Notes: generated by a model not told the origin, from the sequence alone. A stretch of 64,000 nt of DNA from Candidatus Krumholzibacteriia bacterium (GCA_041484665.1 JBGPIA010000002.1:576001-640000); one strand, 5' to 3'. Counted from the first letter of the stretch, positions 10,674 to 19,846 are shown. Translations and numbers: made by a program.

Positions 10674-10800
10674 GGGGGGAGGACCGCGGGTGTCCTCCAG
10701 ACGTTGCGGAACCTCGGTGCGAGGCACAGCGCGGCGGCGGCGTCAGGAGCGAGACCGCTGCGCGGACTCGATCCCTGGCGGGGCGTCCAGGCGCGGCGCC

Positions 10801-10830
10801 ATCGTACGGGCACGCGGGAGCCACGGTCAA
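10801..10830 (-). promoter_or_regulatory. Putative sigma70 promoter for the hybrid kinase
   Basis: TTGACC - 18 nt - TACGAT on the minus strand. Confidence 0.5.
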
Positions 10831-10903
10831 CGGGGGCGGCGGGCCGGGAGCAGCCCGCCCGGCGCGCTTTGGCCGGGAGACGCCACCCGGGCCCGCACGT
10901 ACT

Positions 10904-10933
10904 TTGCTCCGGGAGTGTCCGATCGCGTACGAT
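10904..10933 (+). promoter_or_regulatory. Putative sigma70 promoter for the HisKA-only/sigma54-regulator operon
   Basis: TTGCTC - 18 nt - TACGAT, 17 nt upstream of the GTG at 10951. Confidence 0.4.
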
Positions 10934-10950
10934 ACCGGCGGGGGTACAGC

Positions 10951-11535
10951 GTGCGCATCGAGGACTGGAGCGTTTGCCTTCGGGCGGCCTGCAGCGTGAC
11001 CGGAGCTGCCATCGTGCTGATCCGGCCGGACGGGAGCCTGGCGTTCGCCAGCGCCGCGGCGCAGGCGCTGCTCGAAGCGGGCGGAGAGCACGGCCCCGCG
11101 CGGCTCCCGACCGAGCTGCGCGCCGCCTTGGCGCCGCCCGCGGCCGACGGAGGGTCGCGCCTGGCGCCGGTCGTGTCCGTCGCCGTGGTGATGGCGGAGG
11201 AGGGCGACTGCCAGCTCGTGCGGCTTGGGCCTGCACCCGCGCAGCCGGGCGGGCGCATCCCGCAGGGGGGACCCGGCGAGCAGGCCGGTCGAGCTGTAGA
11301 CGAACGCGAGCGGGCCCTGGTGCACGACCTGGGGGGGGCGTTGAATGCCATGGTGCTGCAGATCGATCTGCTACGGCACGGCCTGGAAGAAGCCGCGGCC
11401 CCAGGCGGCCACGCGCAGCGCTCGCCCACGCAGCTCGAGCGGCTGGACGCGCTGCAGCGGGAGCTCCAGCGCGCGTGCGGATTCCTGGAGGCGCTGCGGG
11501 CGCTGCCGCAGGCCGCGCGGGCGCGAGAAGGGTGA
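10951..11535 (+). CDS. Small protein with a PAS-like start and a HisKA/DHp-like helix pair, no ATPase domain
   Basis: AIVLIRPDGSLAFASAAAQALL (PAS-like start) and ALVHDLGGALNAMVLQIDLL (H-box-like). Stop lies 4 nt before the next ATG. Confidence 0.65.
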   Translation: MRIEDWSVCLRAACSVTGAAIVLIRPDGSLAFASAAAQALLEAGGEHGPARLPTELRAALAPPAADGGSRLAPVVSVAVVMAEEGDCQLVRLGPAPAQPGGRIPQGGPGEQAGRAVDERERALVHDLGGALNAMVLQIDLLRHGLEEAAAPGGHAQRSPTQLERLDALQRELQRACGFLEALRALPQAARAREG

Positions 11536-11539
11536 CGCG

Positions 11540-12940
11540 ATGGACGGCTCGATGCCGACAGCGCTCTTGGTCGACGACGAGCGCGCCAGCCTCGATGCCC
11601 TCGCCGAATGGGTGCGGCGCGAGGAGTTCACGGTGCGCACCGCCGAGACCCTGGCGCAGGCCAAGGCGGCGTTGGAGCGGGGACATCCCGACCTGCTGCT
11701 GGTCGACCTGCAGCTGCCCGACGGCAGCGGGCTCGAGCTGCTGGCCGAGGTGGGTGACGACGAGACCACCGAGATCGTGGTCGTCACCGGTCACGCGACG
11801 ATCGACTCCGCCGTCGATGCCATGCGCGGCGGCGCGATCGACTACCTGACCAAGCCCCTGGACCTGCGGCGCCTGAAACGCATCCTGGCCAACGTGCGTG
11901 CCACCCTCGAGCTGCGCCAGCAGGTCGGATCGTTGCGGGAGGAGCTGCGCAGCCTTGGCCGGTTTGGGCACATCGTGGGCCTTTCGCCTGCGATGCAGCA
12001 CGTGTACGACCTCATCGAAAAGGTCGCACCGACACAGGCCTCGGTCGTGGTGCTGGGCGAGACGGGCACGGGCAAGGAGCTGGTCGCCCAGACCATCCAC
12101 CAGCTCAGCCGCCGGTCCAAGGAGGCCTTCGTCCCCATCAACTGCGGCGCGGTGCCGCCGCAGCTCATCGAGTCGGAGCTGTTCGGACACGAGCGCGGCA
12201 GCTTTACGGGCGCCGAGCGTACGCACCGCGGCATCTTCGAGCGCGCGCATCGCGGAACGCTGTTCCTCGACGAGGTCACCGAGATGCCGCCTGATCTGCA
12301 GGTGAAGTTGCTGCGGGCCCTGGAGACCGGACGGATCGTCCGAGTCGGCGGCGACGCGCCGTTCCCCACCGACGTACGGGTGATCGCGGCCTCCAACCGC
12401 AACCCCGAGCGAGCGGTGGCCGACGGCAGGCTGCGCTCGGACCTGCTCTATCGCTTGATGGTCTTCCCCATCGAGCTCCCGCCCCTGCACGAGCGGGGCA
12501 ACGACGTGGAGCTGCTGGCGGAGCACTTCCTGGATCGGCTCAACCGCGGCGCGGCGGTGGCGAAGACCCTGAACCCGCGAGCGCTCGCGGCGCTGCGGCA
12601 GCACTCGTGGCCGGGCAACGTCCGCGAGCTGAAGAACGTCGTCGAGCGGGCCTTCATCATGGCCGCGGACGAGATCGACCTCCCGTGCCTGCCGTTCCGT
12701 CAGCCGGTCGCGCTGCGCTCCGAGGGCGACACGCTGCGCATCCCGGTGGGCAGCAGCATCGCCGAGGCGGAGAAGCGTCTGATCCTGGCCACCCTCGATC
12801 AGTGCGCAGGGGACAAGGAGAAGGCTGCCGCGATCCTCGGGGTCAGTCTCAAGACCCTCTACAACCGGCTGCATGGCTATGGAGAGGACGGGGCGTACGT
12901 GCGGCGCGCCGGCCGCGCCACCCGCATGGGAGAGGCCTGA
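11540..12940 (+). CDS. sigma54-dependent NtrC/AtoC-family response regulator
   Basis: REC (LLVDDE, DLQLPD, LTKP), Walker A GETGTGKE, ESELFGHERGSFTGA, LFLDEV, WPGNVREL, Fis HTH LGVSLKTLYNRL. Confidence 0.97.
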   Translation: MDGSMPTALLVDDERASLDALAEWVRREEFTVRTAETLAQAKAALERGHPDLLLVDLQLPDGSGLELLAEVGDDETTEIVVVTGHATIDSAVDAMRGGAIDYLTKPLDLRRLKRILANVRATLELRQQVGSLREELRSLGRFGHIVGLSPAMQHVYDLIEKVAPTQASVVVLGETGTGKELVAQTIHQLSRRSKEAFVPINCGAVPPQLIESELFGHERGSFTGAERTHRGIFERAHRGTLFLDEVTEMPPDLQVKLLRALETGRIVRVGGDAPFPTDVRVIAASNRNPERAVADGRLRSDLLYRLMVFPIELPPLHERGNDVELLAEHFLDRLNRGAAVAKTLNPRALAALRQHSWPGNVRELKNVVERAFIMAADEIDLPCLPFRQPVALRSEGDTLRIPVGSSIAEAEKRLILATLDQCAGDKEKAAAILGVSLKTLYNRLHGYGEDGAYVRRAGRATRMGEA

Positions 12941-13218
12941 CGCTGCGCCGCCGGGCCGTGGCCGGCAGCCGCGCCACCGCGGCGGCGCGCATCTCAGCGA
13001 GAGATCGAGGGGAGGCTGCATATCAATGACGAGCCTCCCCCCATCGGCCGCAGGAGGTAGACGCCGTGGGGCGTGCGGACCAACGGTCGCGCACGGCACT
13101 CGCCACGGCTCTCCCGCGGAGCCCGGAATCTGCCAAGCACGGTCAGCGAGCTTCGCACGCAACCCCTCGCTGCCGGAGCGCGCTCGATGGCGCACCCGAT
13201 TCCGGGCGAATCGAATCC

Positions 13219-13326
13219 TCAGGGAATCTGACGCCTGATCCTCGCAGCGGCCTGCGCGCGGACGGGGAGGGCCATCGCAGCAAGTCCGCCCGCAAGCGTC
13301 GCCCCCAGCAACCGAGCAGGCGTCAT
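13219..13326 (-). CDS. 35-aa signal-peptide-like ORF (small protein or gene remnant)
   Basis: AAGGAGGG RBS 9 nt before ATG; MTPARLLGATLAGGLAAMALPVRAQA-AARIRRQIP; lies downstream of a sigma54 promoter. Confidence 0.35.
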   Translation of the reverse strand: MTPARLLGATLAGGLAAMALPVRAQAAARIRRQIP

Positions 13327-13459
13327 GCCGAGCAGCCCTCCTTGATCCGTCCGCGGCGCAGCGCGGGGTCGTCCGCCGAGGCGATGCCTCAAGCCGGGCG
13401 AGAGCCGACGCAAATCCAGGGACCGACGCAGGGGCCGGCCGCCATGGCCTTGTTCCACG

Positions 13460-13475
13460 GCAAGCGTGGTGCCAA
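13460..13475 (-). promoter_or_regulatory. sigma54 -24/-12 promoter (leftward)
   Basis: TTGGCACCACGCTTGC, with exact GG-N10-GC spacing and near-consensus sequence. Confidence 0.75.
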
Positions 13476-13573
13476 GTCGGAAGCCCCCCGCGTCGACGCA
13501 TCCCAAACGCAGCCACGGCTTGAAGATCGCGGGTCCCCGCGCGCGCGTGGCCTCGAACATCCGAGGCGGATGT

Positions 13574-13611
13574 TTGTAGAGTTTACGAACGTGAGTCGGA
13601 CATTCTTACAA
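13574..13611. promoter_or_regulatory. Putative upstream activator sequence (tandem imperfect palindromes)
   Basis: AT-richer patch with TGTAGAGTTTACG and GGACATTCTTACA, 23 bp apart, midway between two divergent sigma54 promoters. Confidence 0.5.
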
Positions 13612-13709
13612 GACGGCGCGCCGCAGATCGGCGGAGCACGCTGCCCCACCTCTCCCCCACGCGTACTGCGAGAACGAGATAGCCGGCGCGAGCGCTCGCC
13701 AGCCGCCGG

Positions 13710-13725
13710 CGGCACGTTCCCTGCT
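13710..13725 (+). promoter_or_regulatory. sigma54 -24/-12 promoter (rightward, DUF1328 gene)
   Basis: CGGCACGTTCCCTGCT with GG-N10-GC spacing, about 40 nt before the start codon. Confidence 0.7.
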
Positions 13726-13764
13726 GTGACAAAAGATCTGCTGTCCCGGAGTGGAGGATTCGAC

Positions 13765-13944
13765 GTGCGTGCCTGGTCCTTGAGTGTCATCACCGTCGCT
13801 GCGATCGCTGCCGTGCTGGGCTTTGGCGGGTTTCCGGCCTTGGTAGCGATTCCGGCACGGGTCCTCTTCTTCAGCGCGGCCGTCGTGTTGTACTTCACGG
13901 CGTTCGCTGCGCTCATCCAGCGCGTCCAGCCGCGCGTGTATTGA
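13765..13944 (+). CDS. DUF1328 (UPF0391/YtjA-like) small membrane protein
   Basis: GGAGG RBS, then GTG; MRAWSLSVITVAAIAAVLGFGG...ARVLFF. Confidence 0.8.
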   Translation: MRAWSLSVITVAAIAAVLGFGGFPALVAIPARVLFFSAAVVLYFTAFAALIQRVQPRVY

Positions 13945-14260
13945 AGGCTCCGGCGGCTCCACCCGATCTCAAGGGGGCCCGCAACGCGCGGGTGCTGCGG
14001 AACCGCGGCTTGGATGGGGATTCCTCCCGCCCTGGGCCTGCGCCAGTGGGTCCAGGGCTGGGAGAGCTGGCGGGCGGTCGTTCCCAGGCGCCGCGCCCGC
14101 GCTGGCGGGCACAGCGCTCGCGGGCGCCGGACCCGCAGAGCGCTTCGTCGGGCCACCCGGGCCCGGCCGGACTCCAGATGAGCTTGACGCGGTTGCCCGC
14201 GATGCCCCGCGTGCACAAACGCACCGGCGGCCAGATGCCGTGCGCGCGCGAGTCGGGCTC

Positions 14261-15025
14261 CTACAACCGCCGAACGAACAGCGAGATGGCCATCGCCACG
14301 CCGATCCCCACCACCACGCGTCGGACCGCCGTGCGGCCGACGCGCCGCGCGAGCGCCGCGCCGGTCAGCCCACCACCGATCGCGGCGACGGCCATCATGA
14401 GCCCTTCGGTCCAGAGCACGGCGCCGCAGACGGCGAAGTAGACGGCGGCGACGCCATTGATCAACAGCGCCAGGAAGTTCTTCAGACCATTCATCTGGTG
14501 GATGTCGGTGAGCCCGAGCAGCCCCAGCGCGGCCAGCATCAGGATCCCGATGCCCGCGCCAAAGTAGCCCCCATACACGCCGACCAGGAACTGGAAGCAG
14601 GCACCCGTGAGCCAGAACGCTGGGCTGCGCTCGTGGCCCGCGAAGCGGGTCACGACGCGCGCTACCGGCTCGTTGGCGGCCACCAACAGCGTGGCGACGA
14701 GGATCAGCCACGGCACGAGCGCGGAGAAGGTCGAAGGGCTGGTGCGCAGCAGCAGCACCGCGCCCGTGATGCCCCCCAGCAGCGAGGGCCCCATGAGCCA
14801 CAGCGCGTATCGACGGCTCCCGGCCACTTCGCGGCGGTAGCCCCACAACGCCGCGAGCGACCCCGGCCACAGCGCGATGGTGTTCGTAGCGTTGGCGAGC
14901 AGCGGGTCGCGGCCGGTCCAGACGAGCGCCGGAAAGGAGATCAGCGTCCCGCCGCCGGCGACGGAGTTGACCATCCCCGCGGCGAAGGCGGCGCCGACGA
15001 TCACGATGCCATGCAAGGGCGTCAT
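14261..15025 (-). CDS. Sulfite exporter TauE/SafE family protein
   Basis: AGMVNSVAGGGTLISFPAL, ANATNT, GVYGGYFGAGIGILM; multiple TM helices. Confidence 0.93.
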   Translation of the reverse strand: MTPLHGIVIVGAAFAAGMVNSVAGGGTLISFPALVWTGRDPLLANATNTIALWPGSLAALWGYRREVAGSRRYALWLMGPSLLGGITGAVLLLRTSPSTFSALVPWLILVATLLVAANEPVARVVTRFAGHERSPAFWLTGACFQFLVGVYGGYFGAGIGILMLAALGLLGLTDIHQMNGLKNFLALLINGVAAVYFAVCGAVLWTEGLMMAVAAIGGGLTGAALARRVGRTAVRRVVVGIGVAMAISLFVRRL

Positions 15026-15227
15026 GGGCCGGCACTCGCGGGCGGCAGCTCCACGCGCCGCACCCTACTTCGGCCGCGTGCTTCTGGTCGGGTTCACGCC
15101 GGACGGTCCACACGCTCGCGGCGACGGCCTGCCAACCGCTCCGCCGCGTGGGGCGAAGCGCTCAGCGCGCGGCGGCAGCACCGCTTTGGCCCCCGCCGTC
15201 CGCGCGCCGCGTTGCGCTGCAAGAAAC

Positions 15228-16586
15228 CTACCTCCCACCGCGCCGCTGGCGCGCTTTCGGCCGCGCGGGCTTCGCTCGCGCTCCCGCGGGCGCCGGCCCG
15301 TCGCGGTCGAGGATCGCCTGGAGCATCGGGTGCCGGCCACGCTCGCTCGCACGGCGCGGCCTGCCCGCGCTCTGCTGCGCGCGGGGCCGCTGACCGCCGC
15401 GCCCGCCGCGCGCGCCCGCCAGCCGATCGCGCAGCGGGACCTCCAGGCGCCCTTCCGGCCTCTGCGTGTAATCGAACCCTGGCTGCGTGACACGCGGCAG
15501 GCGCCGCCCGAGCGCGCCCTCGATCGAGCGCAGGTCCGGCTCCTCGTCCGGAGACACGAAGGTGATGGCGTCCCCGGTCGCCTCCGCACGGGCGGTGCGG
15601 CCGACGCGATGGATGTACGCATCGGGGTCGGCCGGGACGTCGAAGTTGACCACGTGCCCGAGCTCCTCGATATCGATCCCGCGGGCGACGATGTCGGTAG
15701 CCACCAGTACCCGGTGGCGTCCAGCCTTGAAGCCGGCGAGCGCCGCCGTGCGCTGGCTCTGGCTCCGGTTGCCGTGGATGCGCGCGGTCTCGACGCCGTG
15801 TCGCTCGAGGTACTCGGCCAGCCGGTTGGCGCGGTGCTTGGTGCGGGTGAACACGATGGCGTCGGCAATCACGTCGCGCTCGAGGAGGTCCAGCAGCAGC
15901 GCCGACTTCAGCTCGCGGGGCACCGGGTAGACCGCGTGCGTGATACCGACGGCGGGGGTGGACTTCCGCTCGATGTTGATCGTCACGGGATCCTTGAGCA
16001 TCTCCCGCGCGAGGCCCAGGATCTCGCGGGGCATGGTCGCGCAGAAGAAGAGCGTCTGCCGCTTCGCGGGGAGCTGACGCAGGATGCGCCGGATGTCCGG
16101 CAGGAAGCCCATGTCGAGCATCCGGTCGGCCTCGTCGAGGACCAGCACCTCCAGTCCGGAGAGGCGCGCGTAGGGACGGCGCAGATGGTCGAGCAGCCGT
16201 CCGGGTGTGGCGACCAGCACGTCCACGCCGCTGCGGAAGGCGTGCTCCTGCGGCGCCATTCCCACTCCGCCGAACACGCTCGCCCCCGTGATCGGCGTGT
16301 GGACCGCCAGCTCCTCCAGATGTGCGTGGATCTGTGCGGCCAGCTCGCGCGTGGGGGTCAGGACCAAGGCGCGCGTCACTCCACGCGGCTTGCGCATCAG
16401 CCGATGCAGGATCGGCAGCACGAATGCGGCCGTCTTCCCGCTGCCGGTCATCGCGCTGGCCAGGATGTCGCGACCTTCCGCGGCGGGCGGGATCGCCTGC
16501 TCCTGGATCGGGGTCGGCCGGGAAAAGCCCAGCTCCTTGACGCCCCGCAGAAGGTCCGCGTGGAGTGGAAAACGTGAGAACGGCAT
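15228..16586 (-). CDS. DEAD-box RNA helicase (RhlE-like)
   Basis: Q-motif GFSRPTPIQ, TGSGKT, PTRELA, TPGRL, DEADRMLDMGF, ARGID, HRVGRTAR; basic C-terminal tail. Confidence 0.96.
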   Translation of the reverse strand: MPFSRFPLHADLLRGVKELGFSRPTPIQEQAIPPAAEGRDILASAMTGSGKTAAFVLPILHRLMRKPRGVTRALVLTPTRELAAQIHAHLEELAVHTPITGASVFGGVGMAPQEHAFRSGVDVLVATPGRLLDHLRRPYARLSGLEVLVLDEADRMLDMGFLPDIRRILRQLPAKRQTLFFCATMPREILGLAREMLKDPVTINIERKSTPAVGITHAVYPVPRELKSALLLDLLERDVIADAIVFTRTKHRANRLAEYLERHGVETARIHGNRSQSQRTAALAGFKAGRHRVLVATDIVARGIDIEELGHVVNFDVPADPDAYIHRVGRTARAEATGDAITFVSPDEEPDLRSIEGALGRRLPRVTQPGFDYTQRPEGRLEVPLRDRLAGARGGRGGQRPRAQQSAGRPRRASERGRHPMLQAILDRDGPAPAGARAKPARPKARQRRGGR

Positions 16587-16655
16587 GCCGTCGTCCTTTC
16601 TGGCCAGGACCTGCATGGCGCGCGCCGGCGCGCCGGAAGACCGACGGATCCCGCG

Positions 16656-18350
16656 CTACGCGCGCGCCGGGTGCAGATCCGCAGCCGAGGGCGAAGGCGC
16701 GGCCGCGGCCGGCGGCTCCGGCGGCAAGAGCGGCTGCAGCCAGCGCCGCGGCCGCTGCGTACGCGCCGCGAACCCCAGAGGCGCCAACAGCGCGAGACGC
16801 TCCTCGATGGGCGCCGCGCGCACGGCGTCCCCCGCCTCACGCGCCGCGTACAGCGCCTGCAGCTCCAGGCTCGGATCGAGGTTCCACGCGCCGCCGTCGC
16901 GGTGCTTCTCCCAGACCTCCACCGCCTCGCGCGCCCGCCCGGCAGCGCGCAGAAGCGAGATGCGCAGCTCGACGGCGCCGGCCAGCCCCGGCCAGCGCTC
17001 CAGCAGCACTTCGACGCGGCCCAGCGCGAGCTGCACCTGCCCTCCCGCCGCCAACAGGCGTGCCGACTCGAGCTCCAGCGCCGGCTGCTCGTGGGCGGCA
17101 CCCTGCTCGCTACCCAGCGCGCGCAGGGCGTCGTCCAACTCGCCCCTGCCCGCCAGCACTCGTGCTCGCGCCAGGGCCGCCGCGGGTCCGCCCGGCCCCT
17201 CCGGCAGGCGGGCCAAGAAGCGACGCGCTCGCTCGCGGTCACCATGCTCCAGCGCGAGCGCCACGCCGTCCAGCACCACGTCTTCGTGGACGTCGTGTTC
17301 CAGCAGCTTGGCGAACAGCTCCAGCGCCCCCGCAACGTCGCCCGCGAGCCCGCGCGCGCACGCCTGCAGGTGGCGCGCCGCGGGTGGCGCGTCGGCCTGT
17401 GTGGCCTGGTGGCGGAGCAGGGCCGCGCAGCTCGCGCCGTCGCCCAACAGGAACGAGCACACCGCCAGCCCGTAGTCGGTGAACGGCGACGGCAGGCCCT
17501 CCTGCTTCGCGCGACCGAATGCCACGCGCGCCCAGGCGATCTCCCCGCGCAGCAGGTGCACTGCCCCCAGCAGCGCCCAGGCATCAGCGAAGCGCGGGTT
17601 AACGTCGACGGCCACCTCCAGCTCAGCGCGCGCGGCATCGAACTGGCGCTGCGCGAACAGCACCAGCGCGTGCTTCAGGCGCAGATCTGCGTACTCTGGG
17701 AAGCGCTCCACCAGCGCCGCGAACGCCTCGCGGCTCTCGCGGAACCGCCCGGCGGCGTAGAGCTCCTCCGCCTGCTCGACTCCGCTGGGCTCCTGCGGCG
17801 CCTCGAACAGCAGGCTCCACAGCCGCTCGAAGCAGGGGGGCTGTGGGCCGCAACCCAGCGCGCTGGAGAGCGCCTGCGCTTGCTCGTGCGCCAGGTGCAG
17901 CGCCCGCTCCAGCTCCTCGTTCGCGAGCTCCGCGTCGCCACGTTCCCGCAACACGAGCGACAGCAGCACGTGCGCCCTCAGGAAACCGGGATTCAGCCGC
18001 AACGCGCTCTGGGCCGCGTGGCAGGCCAGGTCGAGCTCGTGCAGCCGCAAGTGGGCGGCCGCCTTGTGGAAGTGCACGTCGGGGTAGCCTGGTTGCTCGG
18101 CAACGGCGGCGTCGAGCAGCCCGAGCGCGTCGCGGTAACGCCCTTGTGCCAGCCGCTGCTCTCCCAGCCGCGCCCAGGCGCCCGCGCGGTAGAAGCGCGC
18201 GAGCGCCGTGTAGGGATCGGTCTGGTCGTGGAGCTCCGCCAGCGCCACGTCGAAGGCGGCGACGGCGTCCTCCCACGAGCCGGCGTTGTAGAGGTGGATC
18301 GCGCGCTCGTAGGAGCGCTTGGCATGCTTGCCGAACAGGCGGAGGACCAT
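16656..18350 (-). CDS. Tetratricopeptide repeat protein
   Basis: Repeated helical TPR patterns (QPGYPDVHF, LNPGFLRA, FPEYADLR, VNPRFADAW); begins 15 nt downstream of ftsZ. Confidence 0.85.
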   Translation of the reverse strand: MVLRLFGKHAKRSYERAIHLYNAGSWEDAVAAFDVALAELHDQTDPYTALARFYRAGAWARLGEQRLAQGRYRDALGLLDAAVAEQPGYPDVHFHKAAAHLRLHELDLACHAAQSALRLNPGFLRAHVLLSLVLRERGDAELANEELERALHLAHEQAQALSSALGCGPQPPCFERLWSLLFEAPQEPSGVEQAEELYAAGRFRESREAFAALVERFPEYADLRLKHALVLFAQRQFDAARAELEVAVDVNPRFADAWALLGAVHLLRGEIAWARVAFGRAKQEGLPSPFTDYGLAVCSFLLGDGASCAALLRHQATQADAPPAARHLQACARGLAGDVAGALELFAKLLEHDVHEDVVLDGVALALEHGDRERARRFLARLPEGPGGPAAALARARVLAGRGELDDALRALGSEQGAAHEQPALELESARLLAAGGQVQLALGRVEVLLERWPGLAGAVELRISLLRAAGRAREAVEVWEKHRDGGAWNLDPSLELQALYAAREAGDAVRAAPIEERLALLAPLGFAARTQRPRRWLQPLLPPEPPAAAAPSPSAADLHPARA

Positions 18351-18365
18351 CGCACCCGTCCCGCG

Positions 18366-19760
18366 TCAGTCGAGCGTGCGCCGGATGAACGTGGGGATGT
18401 CGAGGTCGTCCTGCGGCACCGGCCGGCGCGGCGCGGCCGTCGGCACGCCCAGTCCGGTGTCGCTCAGCAGGCGCGCCAGCGGATCGGCGGCCGGCTGCTC
18501 GTCCGCCGGCAGCACGCGCTCCAGCCGGTCGGCGTGCGCCGCGCGGTCCCCACGCTCCACACGATCCAAGTGCTCGGTGCGGTCGGTGCGGTCGGCAAAG
18601 TCGGTGCGCTCAGCGCGCTCGCCGCGGTCCGCCCGCTCCCCCGAGGCGACGCGCTCGGACACCAGCGCGTCGCCCAACGCCCGGATGGGCTCCACCCTGG
18701 ACGCCGCCCGTTGCCGCAGCATCCCCGCTTCGGCCACCATCGCTGCGGCCGGGCGGGCGGCGAGATCGGCGGGGCGGATGACGCGCGCGGTCTCCTCGCG
18801 GGAGGTGCCGAAGCCCGTGGCGATGACGGTCACGCGCAGCTCGTCGCCCGCCCGCGGATCGACCACCGCGCCGAAGATGATGTTGGCATCGGCGCCCACC
18901 GCCTCCTGCACGATGGAGACGGCCTCGCTCACCTCGTGCAGAGTCATGTCTTGGTTGCCGGTGATGTTCACAAGCACGCCCTTGGCGCCGCGCACGTCCA
19001 CGTCCTCCAGGAGCGGGCTGGCGATCGCGGCGTGGGCGGCTTGGGTCGCCCGCTTCTCGCCCTTGGCGGTTCCGGCGCCCATGATGGCGTCGCCCATCCC
19101 TGCCATGATGCTGCGCACATCGGCGAAGTCGAGATTGACCAGCCCAGGGACGGTGATCAGGTCGCTGATGCCCTTGGTGGCATGGTAGAGCACCGTGTCG
19201 GCGACGCGGAACGCGTCCAGCAGTGGCGTGTTCGCCGGGACGACCTTCAGCAGCCGGTCGTTGGGGATGGCGATGAGCGTGTCGACTTCGCTCTTGAGCT
19301 GCTGGAGCCCGTCGGCGGCCTGCGCGCCGCGGCGCCGGCCCTCGAAGATGAACGGCGTGGTCACGATGCCCACGACCAACGAGCCCAGCTCGCGCGCGAT
19401 GCGCGCGACGGTCGGTGCGGCGCCGGTGCCCGTGCCGCCGCCCATGCCCGCCGTCACGAAAACCATATCAGCGCCCGCCAACGCCTCCGCCACGGCGGCG
19501 TGGTCCTCCTCCACTGCCTTGGCGCCCACGCGCGGATCGCCCCCCGAGCCCAGCCCGCGCGTGACCTTCCCACCGATCTGCACCTTGGTCGTCGCAACGC
19601 TCTCGCGCAGGGCCTGGGCGTCGGTGTTGATGGCCACGAACTCGACTCCCGGTAGCCCCGAGGAGACCATGCCGTTCACTGCGTTGCCCCCGGCCCCACC
19701 GACGCCCACCACGCGAATCTGGGCCTGCACGGTGAATTCCTCTTCGAACTGGAACATCAT
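18366..19760 (-). CDS. ftsZ: Cell division protein FtsZ
   Basis: VVGVGGAGGNAV, tubulin signature GMGGGTGTG, NLDFAD, C-terminal peptide DLDIPTFIRR. Confidence 0.99.
   Translation of the reverse strand: MMFQFEEEFTVQAQIRVVGVGGAGGNAVNGMVSSGLPGVEFVAINTDAQALRESVATTKVQIGGKVTRGLGSGGDPRVGAKAVEEDHAAVAEALAGADMVFVTAGMGGGTGTGAAPTVARIARELGSLVVGIVTTPFIFEGRRRGAQAADGLQQLKSEVDTLIAIPNDRLLKVVPANTPLLDAFRVADTVLYHATKGISDLITVPGLVNLDFADVRSIMAGMGDAIMGAGTAKGEKRATQAAHAAIASPLLEDVDVRGAKGVLVNITGNQDMTLHEVSEAVSIVQEAVGADANIIFGAVVDPRAGDELRVTVIATGFGTSREETARVIRPADLAARPAAAMVAEAGMLRQRAASRVEPIRALGDALVSERVASGERADRGERAERTDFADRTDRTEHLDRVERGDRAAHADRLERVLPADEQPAADPLARLLSDTGLGVPTAAPRRPVPQDDLDIPTFIRRTLD
18520..18660 (-). repeat. Degenerate 9-nt/3-aa tandem repeat (E/D-R-x) in the FtsZ linker
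   Basis: ERADRGERAERTDFADRTDRTEHLDRVERGDRAAHADRLERV; plus-strand GGTGCGGTC repeated. Confidence 0.75.
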
Positions 19761-19846
19761 CCCCTTGCCCTCCCGGTCGGAGCTTGAAGTGTGCCGGCCA
19801 CCGCGTGGTGGCCGGTTGGGGCCGCCGGCTCGCGGGGTCGCCGGCA

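Noticed and set aside
13066..13764. Upstream 230 aa of ORF 13066-13944
   Set aside because: Spans promoter and enhancer DNA; the RBS and homology point to a start at 13765.
13945..14260. 315-nt gap between convergent DUF1328 and TauE genes
   Set aside because: No convincing ORF, terminator or RNA structure was recognised.
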